Origin: Octopus sinensis
Taxonomy: Eukaryota
Assembly: GCF_006345805.1 (NCBI RefSeq)
Contig: NC_043004.1
Span: forward strand, 3,658,001-3,722,000
Direction of reading: 5' to 3'
DNA: 64,000 nucleotides
The notes beneath the pieces were generated by a model. That model did not search any database. It saw only the letters and a program-made list of their open reading frames with translations, and was not told the origin of the DNA. Each line of letters starts with the position of its first letter. Position 1 is the first letter of the stretch. Made by a program: the position numbers and the translations under genes. Positions 12,770 through 25,975 of the stretch are shown one piece after another.

Positions 12770-13165
12770 AAATAATTAGCACGTCGGACTAAATGCTTAG
12801 CGGTATTTCTTCCGGTATTTTGAAGGCGGCGAGCTGGCAGAAACGTTAGCACGCCGGGCGAAATACCGTTACGTTCTGAGTTCAAATTCCGGCGAGGTCG
12901 ATTTTGCATTTCAGGGTCGATTAAAATAAGTACCAGTTACGCACTGGGGTCGATGTAATCGACTTAATCCGTTTGTCTGTCCTTGTTTGTCCTCTCTATG
13001 TTTAGCCCCTTGTGGGTAGTAAAGAAATAGGTATTTCTTCCGGCTGTTAACGTCCGGAGTCCAAATTTCGCCAAGGCCAACTTTACCTTTCATCCTACAG
13101 AAGACGATAGAATAAAGTACCGGTCAAGTACTGAGATCGATATAATCGACTGCCCCTCTCCTCAA
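12770..13165 (+). mobile_element. Young SINE A (12816-13029) nested in an older SINE A, 14-bp TSD
   Basis: GGTATTTCTTCCGG at 12802-12815 and 13030-13043. Removing the insert restores a colinear old SINE head and B-box. Confidence 0.85.
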
Positions 13166-13519
13166 AACGACTGGCCGTGAACCCTGCGATGGACCTGCGT
13201 CCTCTTCAGGGACGAGGATAATCTCGGTTACTTATACGCTACGTAAACCGAGTAAGTGGCCCCCATCTGAGTCCCTGGGGCTCAAGAAAAAAATTAGGAT
13301 CAAATATAATTCATGCTTCCTTCCCGAAGATTTTTGGATGGCTGTTTCTGTAAGAAACTGTTCTTAAAACATTTGGTGGTTGACACGTTAAAGTCAAGGA
13401 CAAAATTCTGGTCCTTTAATTTTCATTTCAAACCCCTCTAATGTTAATTATCTTCTTTCAAGCGTTGGTGAAATAATTATCATTAGTAAAAATACTTAGT
13501 ATCGATTCATTCGTTCGTC

Positions 13520-14037
13520 CGTTCCCACCACCGCTTAACAACCGATGCTGGTGTGTTTACGTCCCCGTAACTTAGCGGTTCGGCAAAAGAAAACGATAGA
13601 ATAAGTACTAAGCTTCACAAAGAATAAGTCCTGGGGTCGGTTTGTTCGACTAAAGGGCGGTGCTCCAGCATGGCCGCAGTCAAATGACTGAAACAAATCA
13701 AAGAATAAAAGAGCAAAAGAATATACCCCCTCCTCAAAAAAATACTGTTTACTCGTGTGTTTGTCAGAGAATTTGGTGTTTTTCTTTGTTTTTGTTTTGT
13801 TTCAGTCGTTGGAGTGCAGTGGTACTGAGCAACCAGCTTCAAGGGGGTTTAGTCCAACAAATCGGCCCCAGTGCCTTGTTTTGTAAGTCTGGGACTTATT
13901 CTAACGGTCTTTATGCCAAGCCGCTATGTCACGGGGACGTAAACAAGCCAGTACAGGTTACCAAACAGTGGAGGTGGACAAACACAGTTACGCGCGCGCA
14001 CATACACAAACACACACAAACACACACATTCATATAC

Positions 14038-14084
<47 letters not shown>

Positions 14085-14086
14085 TG

Positions 14087-14117
<31 letters not shown>

Positions 14118-14281
14118 TCTTTTTTATTCTTTTACTTGTTTCAGTCAACGCCAGGACTTATTCTTTATAAGCCTGGTACTTATTCTATCGGTCTGTTGTG
14201 TCGAACCGCTAAGTTACGGCGATGTAAACATACCACCATCAGTTGTCAAGTGATGGTGGGGGAACAACCACAGACACATAA

Positions 14282-14314
<33 letters not shown>

Positions 14315-14476
14315 CACGGCAGGCTTCTTTCAGTTTCCGTCTACCAAATCCACTCACAAGGCTTTGGTCGGCCCGAGGCTATAATAGAAGACACTCGCCA
14401 AAGATGCCACGCAGTGGGACTGAACCCGGAACCATGTGGTTGGTAAGCAAGCTACTTGCAACACAACCACTCCTGT
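13520..14476. mobile_element. SINE family B cluster: 3' module on + (13520-13710), 3' module on - (13820-14010), full copy on - (14120-14476)
   Basis: Matches to 2648-3058 in both orientations. Confidence 0.85.
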
Positions 14477-16431
14477 AGAAATAAAGAAAACCAATTATAT
14501 ATAAAGTTGTACAAAATATTAGTCAGAAATTTTGGTACAAGGCCAGCAATTTCCGGATTGACTACATCGACCTCAGTTTTCAGCTGGTATTTATTTTATC
14601 GACACCGAGAGGATGAAAGGTAAAGTTGGCCTCAGTGTAATTTGAACTCAGAATATAAGGGCGAACGAACTGCCGCTAAGCATTTTGTACGGCGCGCTAA
14701 CGACTAAAGGCGAAGCTCCAGCATGACCGCAGTCAAATGACTGAAACAAGAAAAAGAGTAAAAAGAGAGAATATTTTCAAGAATTTATTATCGTTATTTT
14801 ATTCTTCGTATGAATGGACCTTCGTGGGAATTAAAATGAAACAATTATTACGATTACATTATTTAATAATAATATAAGACTTTCATAAAATCTCAGAAAA
14901 CGTTTGTGAAGCACGTAAAACACTCTGACCTCTGACAGTTCGGCTGCTGATCTCGAAACCCGGCACTCGTGATACAACCCTTACACTATGGCCTTCATGA
15001 TATTGAAATACACATGCATGAATTGTGCTTCGGCACGTGACCTGGACGACACACACAAGAGAATCATGTGACAAACTCCACGTAGCACAGTTTCTGTCAT
15101 GTCTGGAATGTCCAGTGAATAAAAGAATCTCACGCAGGAAGCTGGTGTTATCTCCCTTGATGATGGTAGCGCTTGTAAGGCGGCATTTGACAAATAACAC
15201 ACACACACACACACACACATCAGCTGACACGTCTGGTCGTGTCACACATCATACTAAAGACCGTAGTGGTTGTTTCTTTGTTTGTCTCATTGAGGAGGAG
15301 CTGGAGAGGGAGGGTGGTGGTGGTAGGGAGAATAAAGAGGAGGAGAGTAAGATTATTATGCGGTGATGAGGAGGATAGGGGAGGAAGTGGCGATGATGAT
15401 GATTAATCAAATTAGTCCTGATCGAGCAGACATGATGAAACACGTGACAACCATTAGCCTTCCATTTTTCTTTTTCGCCAATGTCTACCAAGGACGACAT
15501 TATCGAATGTGTCCTTCCTCTTTTAAGAAGGCAAGATCTGATTTAACGTAGGTCTGGCTGTTGTTTTTAGTAAGTTAAATACGGTTAATGAATATTACTA
15601 TATAGTCTTAAGTTGGCTTCACTTCAAACAATCCATCTGTGACCATTCCGTCTAAATTTCCATATATATTGTATTAAAGAGTAGCTAAAACTGCACTCTC
15701 GGTTTCCAATTTTGGTACAAGGCCAGTAATTTTAAGGGCGGGAATAAGTCGATTACGTTGACCCCAGTACTTAGCTGGTATTTATGCTATCTACTCTTAA
15801 AAGAGAAAAGGTAAAATCAACATCCCCGTCATTTGAACTCGGAGTGTGAAGGGTCGGAAGAAGTGCTGCCAAGCATTTTGTTCGCTGCACCACCGCCTTA
15901 ACATTATCAAATGTTCAATGCCTACGGTGCAAATGGGAACGAGAGAGGATGTCATCCTCAAATCGGAAATGTAGCTGGACAACCTGCAACATAGAGAACA
16001 CTGCCAAAGGCTTTTAAGAGAGCAGATGATGGTACTAAACTGGTTTACGGATAAAAGATCTACGATCCAAGAATAGACAGCTCTAAGAATCGAAACTAAT
16101 ACCACAAGACAATTCCTCCAACGCTGAATTTCTTTCTGTAGAACTATGGAGAATTTTAATTCGAAGAATGGAGTTGTTGGGGTCTTTTTTTTTCTGGTTT
16201 TGCATTTCACCATCATATTGGTTTCAAATTTTGGCACAAGCCTAGCAAGTTAGGGGTAGGGGTTAAGTCAAATTGCTTGGCTGATACGTATTTCCTCGAC
16301 CCCTCGAAAGGATAGAAGGCGAAGTCGGTGGCGTTTGAACTCACAGCGTGAAAGACCGGACGAAACGCCGTTAAGCATTTTGTTCGGTGGGCTAACAAGT
16401 CTGCCAGTTCGCTGCCATCATCGACATAGGC

Positions 16432-16613
16432 ACAGGTATGACCCGGTGGTTAACAAGCTCACTTTGCAACCACAACGTTTCCAGCTCAGTCCCATTGCAT
16501 GGCGCCTTAGTCAAGTGTTTTCTACTAATAGCCCCAGGCCGACCAACATCTTACGGGTGGATTTGGTAGGCGGAAACTGCGGAAGCCTATCGTATGTGTG
16601 TGTATATATATAT

Positions 16614-16671
<58 letters not shown>

Positions 16672-16820
16672 AAAAGGGTAGCTTATTAGCAATTAGAACC
16701 TAAAGGCAAAATTAACAGAGGTCACAAAAGTGACCGAGGGTACTGACTAGCACCACTGTTGCTAAAAATAAGAGTTAAAACTACTCCAAAATCACAAAAG
16801 CAATATGCGTGTGTATGTGC

Positions 16821-16853
<33 letters not shown>

Positions 16854-17628
16854 ATACACACACACACACACATGTAGTACCCTTGTGTGTATATATATAT
16901 ACATGTAGTACCCACGTGTATATATATATATATATGTGTATGTATGTAGAACCCTCGTGTATATATATAATATTTATGAAGTACCCTCGTGTGTATATAT
17001 ATAATATTTATGAAGTACCCTCGTGAGTATATATATAATATTTATGAAGTACCCTCGTGTGTATATATATATAATATTTATGAAGTACCCTCGTGTGAGT
17101 GTATATATAAAATGTCTGTATGTGTATAGTACCCCCGTCTGTGTATCTATATAAAAGTGCATATCTTACATTGTATGTATATATTTTATTGATTTGCCTG
17201 TACGGCTGATATTCGCTTGCCAGTATTGATGGTATTTTAATAGCGCCATCGCTCTTATATCTACTTACAAATAATTTCACATATTTCGTTTGTTTAGTGT
17301 TTGGTCACTTCAAACGAATTTTGCAGGCATGAGGAGGGGGCTAAATTTTGGCAGTCGTTAGCTGACAAACTGCGGCTGAAGAGAAACAGGCCCCTATTTG
17401 GCGATCATTTCGAAACCATGGTATCAGTTGGACCAGCATTACTTCTGCTGACCTAGGAGAGGTTAGACTATATTAATGGTCATTGGAAATTTTTCCCACC
17501 AACTCCTATATTAGATTTGAAACTATTCCTTGGCACAGAAGTGTTTTTTACTTCTATTTCTAGCGATGCAAGTACTCGTCTAGCACCTCGCGTGTGTGTG
17601 TGTGTGTGTAAGTATATATCTTATATTG

Positions 17629-17676
<48 letters not shown>

Positions 17677-17975
17677 TATTAATTTGCCTGTACAGCTGAT
17701 ATTCGCTTGCCACTAGTGATGGTATTTTAAAAGCGCCATCGATCTTATATCTACTTATATAACATGTGTGTGTGTGTGCCTTTGTGACTGTTTGTCCACC
17801 CCATCACCGCTTGACAACTAGTGTTGATTTGTTTGTGTCTCCATAACTTAGCGGTTCGGCAATAGATACCGATAGAATAAGTACCAGACTTTAAAATATG
17901 TAGTGGGGTCGATTTGTTTGACTAAAACTCTTCAATGTGGTGTCCCAGCATGGCCGCAGTCCAATGACTGAATTA
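16432..17975 (+). mobile_element. SINE family B split into head (16432-16600) and tail (17765-17975) by ~1.15 kb of expanded linker
   Basis: The two halves are in the same orientation and correct order, each bordered by the TA/TG linker. Confidence 0.6.
16951..17097. repeat. ~34-bp minisatellite, ~4.5 units (GTACCCTCGTGTGTATATATATAATATTTATGAA)
   Basis: Direct inspection; degenerate units flank it at ~16875-16950 and ~17127-17150. Confidence 0.9.
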
Positions 17976-18537
17976 AAATATTTAATGTAGTTGTGGGGCG
18001 AACAACTTTGTTATCCGCCTCAGATACGTGGAACGCTGTGATTATGAGCCGAGATGGGATAACTCCTAGCTACACCGGCCCTCGGGGTCGGGGTATGAAT
18101 TGTCTTGAGGACAAAAAAAGGAAACCAAAAACTGTTCTTTCTTTATAGATACTGATTACGAAGAGTTTTCATAACTGGAGCTTTTGTGAAGAAAAGCTGT
18201 TAACATCCATAGAAACAGTCAAAGGCTGTCTGTTGGACTCGAACCTTACGCTTCTGTAAACATGACAGACGTTCTATCACTGGGCCAAAGCAATCCTTCG
18301 AATTTCGATTTCCATTTTAGAAATTCTGTTCATACCAACGACATTGAATGTTGTCTATATCATACGGATTTAGATACTTCGATAGAACATGAAATACTTC
18401 GTTTTTAACGATGGAACTCGAAGTAGATGAAGCTATAAATAAATTATTTCACGTTTTTATCTAACTTCATTATCTAATGATCCAATTGTCTTTCTAACTA
18501 ACGAATTCTTTTTGCTGCCTAACGTGTGTGTGTGTGT

Positions 18538-18589
<52 letters not shown>

Positions 18590-18774
18590 ACCTGTTTACC
18601 TTTTCATATATATATATAATGCATGTATATTCTTCCCATATACTCATTCCGCTTTTATTCCCTATTTTCTGTTTTTTGCCCCTCTTTCTCTCCTTTTCTT
18701 TCCAAGTTTTGCAAAAATATGACCGAGGAAAAATATTTATGCTTTGTCAATAACCCTTCAAGGCATTTCAGATT

Positions 18775-18806
<32 letters not shown>

Positions 18807-20174
18807 TTTTCTTTTGTATACAAGCAAAGATGTTTTGCCGTTCCTTTCGCTGTTGTTTGAGTAACATTTTTTTTTTCTTTTTATTTTGCTTTTCTTTTTT
18901 CCTCCACAATTTTGTACAATATTTGGTGTTGACACTTTGTTCCATTTCAAGGTTGGTAATGGCTACGTAATATACAAACAGAAGCCACATTATACAAAAC
19001 ACAAGACACATCTAACTAAGGCTCACACGCACTCACTCCGCCATTGCAATTCTCAATTTGGTTATATGGCTAACTGGATTGTCATTTATGGCTCTCTAGC
19101 GGCCTCTTGCCAAGCTATGGCCAGAAAACATTTTTATTTATTATTTAATTATTCTTTATTTGTGTTTCTTTTTTCTTTAGTTTTGGTTTGTGCCTTCCTA
19201 AAGGAGGTGGACGTGTATTAGTAAGTGTACATGTATTTCTATCTCTGTGTGCGTATATATAGTTATATATGCGTGTGTGTGTGTGTGTGTGTGATCAGAT
19301 ATGGCAGCAATATTTGGAGTCAATAATGAGTTGCGAGGGAGGGATGTAATCCACTCAATGCATGTTTAGTATTTATATTATTAACCCCAAAGACTTGAAC
19401 TCGCCCATATTTTAGACACCGACACAGCTTAGTAGGAAAAACTGCCCATTCGTTCTCTCAACCCTCCAGACACACACACACTCCTGCTGGTGTCTTTTGT
19501 AAGCTCCTTGGGAACTAAATTTGATAATTGGTTTGATTTTCACTCGAAGCGCTTTTACTTCACGTATTTTATTCAGTTAGTAACGAGATTAAAATCTCAG
19601 CACACGATAATTCTTAGAAGCTTGGCGACCGAAAACGGAGCTTCTTAAACTTGCAGCTTACTAAAGTAGCAGCTAAATCTATCTTGAAAATAAAATAACA
19701 TATTAAAAAGAAAAAAAATCTAGTCTTACACTGTTTCTGAAAAAGCAAAAAGAAAGCAAAGATGGTCGCAGTTTAAAAGTCTCTGACTATTGTTCAGTTT
19801 AATCGTGATTCACCTGAGACAAATCGACAACAAAACAATTCCTCTTAAGCTTTTATCAAATGCAGTTATTATTCTCCATAACTGACACAGTCAAATTAGT
19901 TTTTGTTGTTGTTGCTGCTGTTGTCTTCTTCCAATCAGGACTCACGCCATTAGCCACATCTCCAATTCGAGCCTACTCTAAGCTACTAAGAATGCGTGTA
20001 GCAACTTGAAGAACACGCGATAACTGGCGGTTGCACGGGCGCGAAAGCTACGTTGTTATCCTCATTCCATAAACGGTGGCTTTTAACGGGTGGAGAGCTG
20101 AACCATCCTGGGGTACAGAGGATTCGCAATCTAGACTAGGGTCTGAAAGTTTACTACACCATAGTGGGTTACAC

Positions 20175-20387
20175 TATGGTTCCTCTGCTTTGTGGCAGAA
20201 GTAGGAAGAAGGAGTGAGAGAAAGTTGTGGTGAAAGAGTACAGCGGTGTTCACCACCCCTCTCCGCCGGAGCCTCGTGGGTTTTAGGTGTTTTTGCTCAA
20301 TAATAAACACAATGCCCAGTCTGGGAATCGAAACCGCGTTCTTTCGACCGCGAGTCTGCTGCCCTAACCACTGGGCCATTGCACCTC
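20175..20387 (-). mobile_element. SINE family C, 5' part
   Basis: Reverse complement GGTGCAATGGCCCAGTGGTTAGGGCAG...GGTTTCGATTCCC, with A- and B-boxes. Confidence 0.85.
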
Positions 20388-20851
20388 TACTGCTGCTTTT
20401 GTTGCTGCTGCGTAGATCCTGGTTCAAAGGTATTCTAGCCGTGACAAATCCGTATTTTTCCAATGCAGAGTGAACCATATTATCCAATACACCTTTTTTC
20501 TAAGACGGCTGTGTGTGATTTGTAGGAGATTTGAGTGTTATTTCTAGCAAGTCGAGGCAACCACAGAGGACTGCCTCCTTTGTCGGCTCGAATAAGTTCG
20601 AATGATAAACAGAGGCCACTCCAACCGATATTATATTTTTTTTTTTGGTTTTTTAGAGTCTATTGCTGATCTTAGCTTTATCGATTTGTGAATCACAAAA
20701 GAAATTATAGACTTTACCAGAGTTTGAACTTACAATGTAATACCAATGAACTAAACAAGATAAGACTGTGTTTTACTAGACGGGTTTACACTGACGTTTT
20801 TACTGGTTATTTCCCTCGTAATAAATAAACATATATATATATAATATATGT

Positions 20852-21134
20852 GGAGGCGCAATGACCCAGTGGTTAGGGCAGCGGACTCGCGGTCGGAGGA
20901 TCGCGGTTTCGATTCCCAGACCGGGCGTTGCGTGTGTTTATTGAGCGAAAACACCTAAAGTTCGACGAGGAGGTGGTGGCGAGCCCTGTTGTACTCTTTC
21001 GCCCCAACTTTCTCTCACTCTTTCTTCTTGTTTCTTGGGTAACGCTGCGATGGACTGGCGTCCCGTCCAGCTGGGGGGAAGACATACGCCACAGAAACCG
21101 GAAAACCGGGCTTGAAAAGGGCGCATAAAAAATA
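20852..21134 (+). mobile_element. SINE family C, full length, with V-domain-like core
   Basis: tRNA-like head; CTGCGATGGACTGGCGTCCCGTCCAG (21045-21070) resembles the V-SINE central domain; A-rich tail. Confidence 0.85.
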
Positions 21135-21162
21135 ATTAAAAATATATATGATATATATGTAC

Positions 21163-21208
<46 letters not shown>

Positions 21209-21363
21209 GTACAGAGGTTTCTGAGCTTCTATGCTGAAGATAGACGTCTAACTACTTTAAAATATCACTTTATAATTTACACGTGTTGAAGGCGTGGAAG
21301 CAGGCATACAGAAATTCTCTGTGACCTTAATTATAAATGTTTCTTATACTACTATTAAATATA

Positions 21364-21407
<44 letters not shown>

Positions 21408-23624
21408 TACATGAATGTACCTAAATAGGTTTATTTTTTATATGCTGATCTCTGATAAAAATTTTTTTAATTTTCTCCAAATATATGACGGTTTCAAACT
21501 TTGACCCAGTACCAGCAATTTCGGGTGGGGAATGTTAAGGCGATTAAATCGACTACAGTGCCGATCTGGTACTCATTTGATCGACCCCGAAAGGATGACC
21601 TCGGTGGAATTTGAACTCAGGACGTGAAGACGAGCGAAATTCCGCTAAGCATTTTGTCCGGTGTACTAACGATTCACTCAGCTTGCCACATTAATAAGTG
21701 AAGTGAAACGACGCCATCTGAGAATCGAACGTGAATTCCGTTGCACATAAGTAATTCATCTCCTTCCCGCCTCTGACGCTGATCGCTACTTTCAGCCATA
21801 TTAATTCTCACGAAATTAGTACTGTGGAAGTTGTCTGTTTTCAACTAAAAATCTTTCGTGAAATTCTGGCTGGAGAAACATACATCATAATAGCTGCGGA
21901 CAGGTAGAGAAACGGAGGAATCCATCATTTAGTTGTAAATTTATGTATTCCAAGTCTGCCGGGAATTTTGCAGAATGATCGAAGTTAACTTGATTCTTGT
22001 TGGTTTTGACAGACGACAACTCTGTGTCGGCAGTTATGTAAACAGCAACTCTGGAAGACGCATAATAACCAAATATGGCCTTTCGCCTTTTGGATTTCTC
22101 ATTTTTCTCCTTTAATTTCTATCGCTTTTCTCCACAAAATACAACTACAGGAAATGTAGTGCATTTATTATTTTTTTTTTCTGTTTTTAGATAAGAAATT
22201 CAAAATTGTTTCGAATATAAAAAAAATTATCGAAAATCTAAGTGGCATTTATTTAAAGTGTGTTATTAATGTCTAGATAATTTCAGTGTATACCACTCAC
22301 ACACACACACACTTTCTAGATATTCTATAAACATTGTACTTTAATGCTGGACACACTTGGTTTCCATTACCCAGTTATATTATGTCTGTCGTCTTTAAGA
22401 ACTTCATTAAATTTGCTTTACTGCAGCGTTTAGCTTGTGAGAGACGTATCTCTTTCTTTCAATGAGACACTGCTCTGTTGTCCTGTATATTTCACAAATG
22501 GAGTCTCACTATAGAATTAAGGGGAAGCTAGAAAAGGTCCGTGTTTGCTATATGCTTTCAGTCCTATCTCACTTGTTTTTATTAAGACAGTTGACACTGC
22601 TCACTCTCCGATTCTTCCCGTTCTTTGGATGGTGACATAACGAAATTGAACACTTAGCTATAAGAAATATGCTTTTGCTTCCTTCTTCTAAAATAATATA
22701 AGTAAAATAATATAAGTATATATTTATTTATTTAGCATTGTTTCTATTCATATCATATTCTCTACACAATTTATCGCCTATTTTTAAACTGGGAAACAAC
22801 GGTGAATGATAGAATTGGAAGAGCGCCGGACAAAATTTCTCCTCAAAATCAAAACTCATAAAGTTCGTTGAAATAAATAACCAATCATGTATTGGGGCGA
22901 TATAATTGATTATTTCTTCGATTGAATCACAAACGTATTACTCCAGATATATTATTTCACTGCAAAGGAAGCACAGTCTAATAACACATTCCCTTAATTA
23001 TTCTTCATCGGACATTCAGCTTTGAAAAATAGGAAAACCAGTTTCATTATATTTTGAATAATTCTGCTGTTGATCTGTATAGATATTTGCGGGCAAATAG
23101 TCAATTTTCTAAACCCACTGTACAACACAGGCTTCGTCTTCATGTCGTGTAAATAAGCAAGTCAACCTGATGAGCGTGAAACTGGAACGAAACAAGTTAC
23201 ATTATTCGGAATTAGCAAAATACTCGTACGGCAACATAGAGTGGTAACACTCGATGGTATATATTTATAATTAAGTGAATTAGATCAGTGCTTCACGTTG
23301 CGGATGCAACGTAACACCGATTACAGGGTACCAACGTTTTGAGTGGATAAGAAACTGAATGACATTTCGTTAAGACACTGGCTGACACAGCGTACAGTTG
23401 GGTGAATACAGTGTAGGAATATAAGTTTCAGAAGGTAACCGGGTAACACCGTTTGTAGGATGGGTAGGGAAGAAGATGAGAAGAAATATAACAAAATGAA
23501 ATTTTAAAAAAATAAAACGGGATAAGATACAATAAATTGACGAAATGAAATAAAGTGAAACCATGTGGAATATAAGAAAGGTCGTAGAGTAGAAGGGGAG
23601 TTTAATTTTATGAAATAGGTTGGT

Positions 23625-23992
23625 AGGGCCGTGTGGTAAGTAGCTTGCTTCCCAACCACATGGTTCTGGGTTCAGTCCCACTGCGTGGAACTTTGAGCAA
23701 GTGTCTTCTAATATAGCCTTGTGTCGACCAAAGCCTTATGAGTAGATTTGTAGACGGAAGCTGAAAGAAGCCCGTCATATATGTATGTATGTATTTGTGC
23801 ATTTGTCCCCCCCCATCGCTTGACAACCGATGCTGGTGTGTTTATGTGCCCACAACTTAGCGGTTCGACAAAAGTGACAGATAGTATAAGTACTAAGCTT
23901 ACAAAGAATAAGTCCTGGGGTATATTTGTTCGACTAAAAAGGCGGTGCTCTAGCATAGTCGCAGTCAAATGACTGAAACAAGTAAAAGAGCA
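23625..23992 (+). mobile_element. SINE family B, full length
   Basis: Colinear with 2648-3058. Confidence 0.9.
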
Positions 23993-24614
23993 AAACATAT
24001 TTTTTTAACCTGTTATCTTACTAAAACCTCAGCCATGTTGCCCGAGACACATCAACACATTAACGTAAATTTCTCTACATGTGTAAATCACACACATATA
24101 CACACACATACATACACGCACACACACATACACATATACACACACACACACACATATATATATTTCGTCTGTTTATTTTATAATTTATCTAATGACGAAG
24201 AGGAATATGTATTTTATTCAATTAATCCCTTTCAATACACTTTGTCACAATTAACCATAAAACGGAACATTCATCAGCCCCGGACATCCATGAATCGATA
24301 GATAAAAGTCGTGTGTACAAGTGTATCTTGTCGAGATATCTGAGATGAGTTATTGATATATTCATATTCCACACTGTAATTTCATCATTAGAAAAGGAAA
24401 ACAAAAAATATTAGCAGAATCGGTAGAGCATCAGAAAATATTTATGGCGGTTACTCTGTCTCTTAATGTTCTGAATTCAAATCTTGTGATGGACGACTTA
24501 GCCGTTCATATTTCTGAGATCGATGAAATAAAGTACCAGTCATTTATTGAGGGTCGATTGTTTCTCTCTCTCTAAAATTTGGGAACGTGGTAATCTACAA
24601 AAAAATATTTACAT

Positions 24615-24985
24615 GTGCTGCCGTAGCTGTGTGGCAAGAGGTTTGCTTCCCAACCACATGGTTCCAGGTTCAGTCCTACTTTGGGTCACCTTAGCCAAGT
24701 ATCGTCTATTATAGTCTCGGGCCGACTAAAACCTTATCAGCGGATTTGGTAGACGGAAACTGAAAGAAGCCCGTTGTGTGTGTGTGTGTGTGTGTATGCG
24801 TGTGTGTGTCTGTGTGTCTCTGGTTGTTCTCCACCGCTGCTTGACAACCAATGCTGATGTGTTTACGTCACGAAATTGAGCGGTTCGGCAAAAGTCACCG
24901 ATAGACTAAGTACCAAGCTTTAAAAAAAAGGTCCCTGGGGTCGATTCATTCGACTAAGAATTCTTCAAGGCGGTGCTCCAGCATC
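24615..24985 (+). mobile_element. SINE family B, near full length
   Basis: Colinear with 2648-3058; 3' end truncated. Confidence 0.85.
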
Positions 24986-25206
24986 GAAACAGCGTTTTGG
25001 TGGGTTTCGTCTCAGATCATCATCGGTTTTTGTTATGACTGAACAGGAAAGCCCAACGGGCAATATTTTGTCAACAAGTAACCTTCAATTGTAGACTTTT
25101 GTATGTGTTTGTGTACTTTTTTTTATGTCTAATTGGATAGACATGTTATTAATTTTAGTTTAGAAAATGTTAATATATTTAGGAACTTTTAATATAGAGA
25201 GAAATA

Positions 25207-25975
25207 TAAGGCGGCGAGCTGGCGGAAACGCTAGCACACCGGGCGAAATGCGTAGCCGTATTTCGTCTGTCTCTACGTTCTGAGTTCAAATTCCTCCGAG
25301 GTCGACTTTGCCTTTCATCCTTTCGGGGTCGATAAATTAAGTACCAGTTACGCACTGGGGTCGATGTAATCGACTTAATCCGTTTATCTTCCTTGTTTGT
25401 CCCCTCTGTGTTTAGCTCCTTTTGGGTAGTAAAGAAATAGGTATTTCGTCTGTCTCTACGTTCTGAGTTCAAATTCCGCCGAGGTCGACTTTGTCTTTCA
25501 TCCTTTCGGGGTCGATAAATTAAGTACCAGTTACGCACTGGGGTCGATATAATCGACTTAATCCGTTTATCTGTCCTTGTTTGTCCCCTCTGTGTTTAGC
25601 TCCTTTTGGGTAGTAAAGAAATAAGTATTTCGTCTGTCTCTACGTTCTGGGTTCAAATTCCGCCGAGGTCGACTTTGCCTTTCATCCTTTCGGGGTCGAT
25701 AAATTAAGTACCAGTTACGCACTGGGGTCGATGTAATCGACTTAATCCGTTTATCTGTCCTTGTTTGTCCCCTCTGTGTTTAGCTCCTTTTGGGTAGTAA
25801 AGAAATAGGTATTTCGTCTGTCTCTACGTTCTGAGTTCAAATTCCTCCGAGGTCGACTTTGCCTTTCATCCTTTCGGTTTCGATAAATTAAGTACCAGTT
25901 GCAAACTGGGTCGATCTAATCGACTGGTCCCCTCTCCAAAAATTTCGGGCTTGTGCCTACAGTAGAAAGGGACGT
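25207..25975 (+). mobile_element. SINE family A array: one head, three ~183-bp core+tail X units, and a final core+tail Y
   Basis: Units restart at GTATTTCGTCTGTCTCTACG at ~25258, 25441, 25625 and 25809 and are nearly identical. Confidence 0.95.

Noticed and set aside
20852-20930. tRNA genes (also ~18225-18290, 55846-55915 and all SINE heads)
   Set aside because: A/B boxes are present but there is no complete acceptor stem, and each continues into a SINE body or is degenerate.
25258-25975. Regularly spaced repeats as a CRISPR-like array
   Set aside because: Contiguous ~183-bp SINE units with no unique spacers, in a eukaryotic context.
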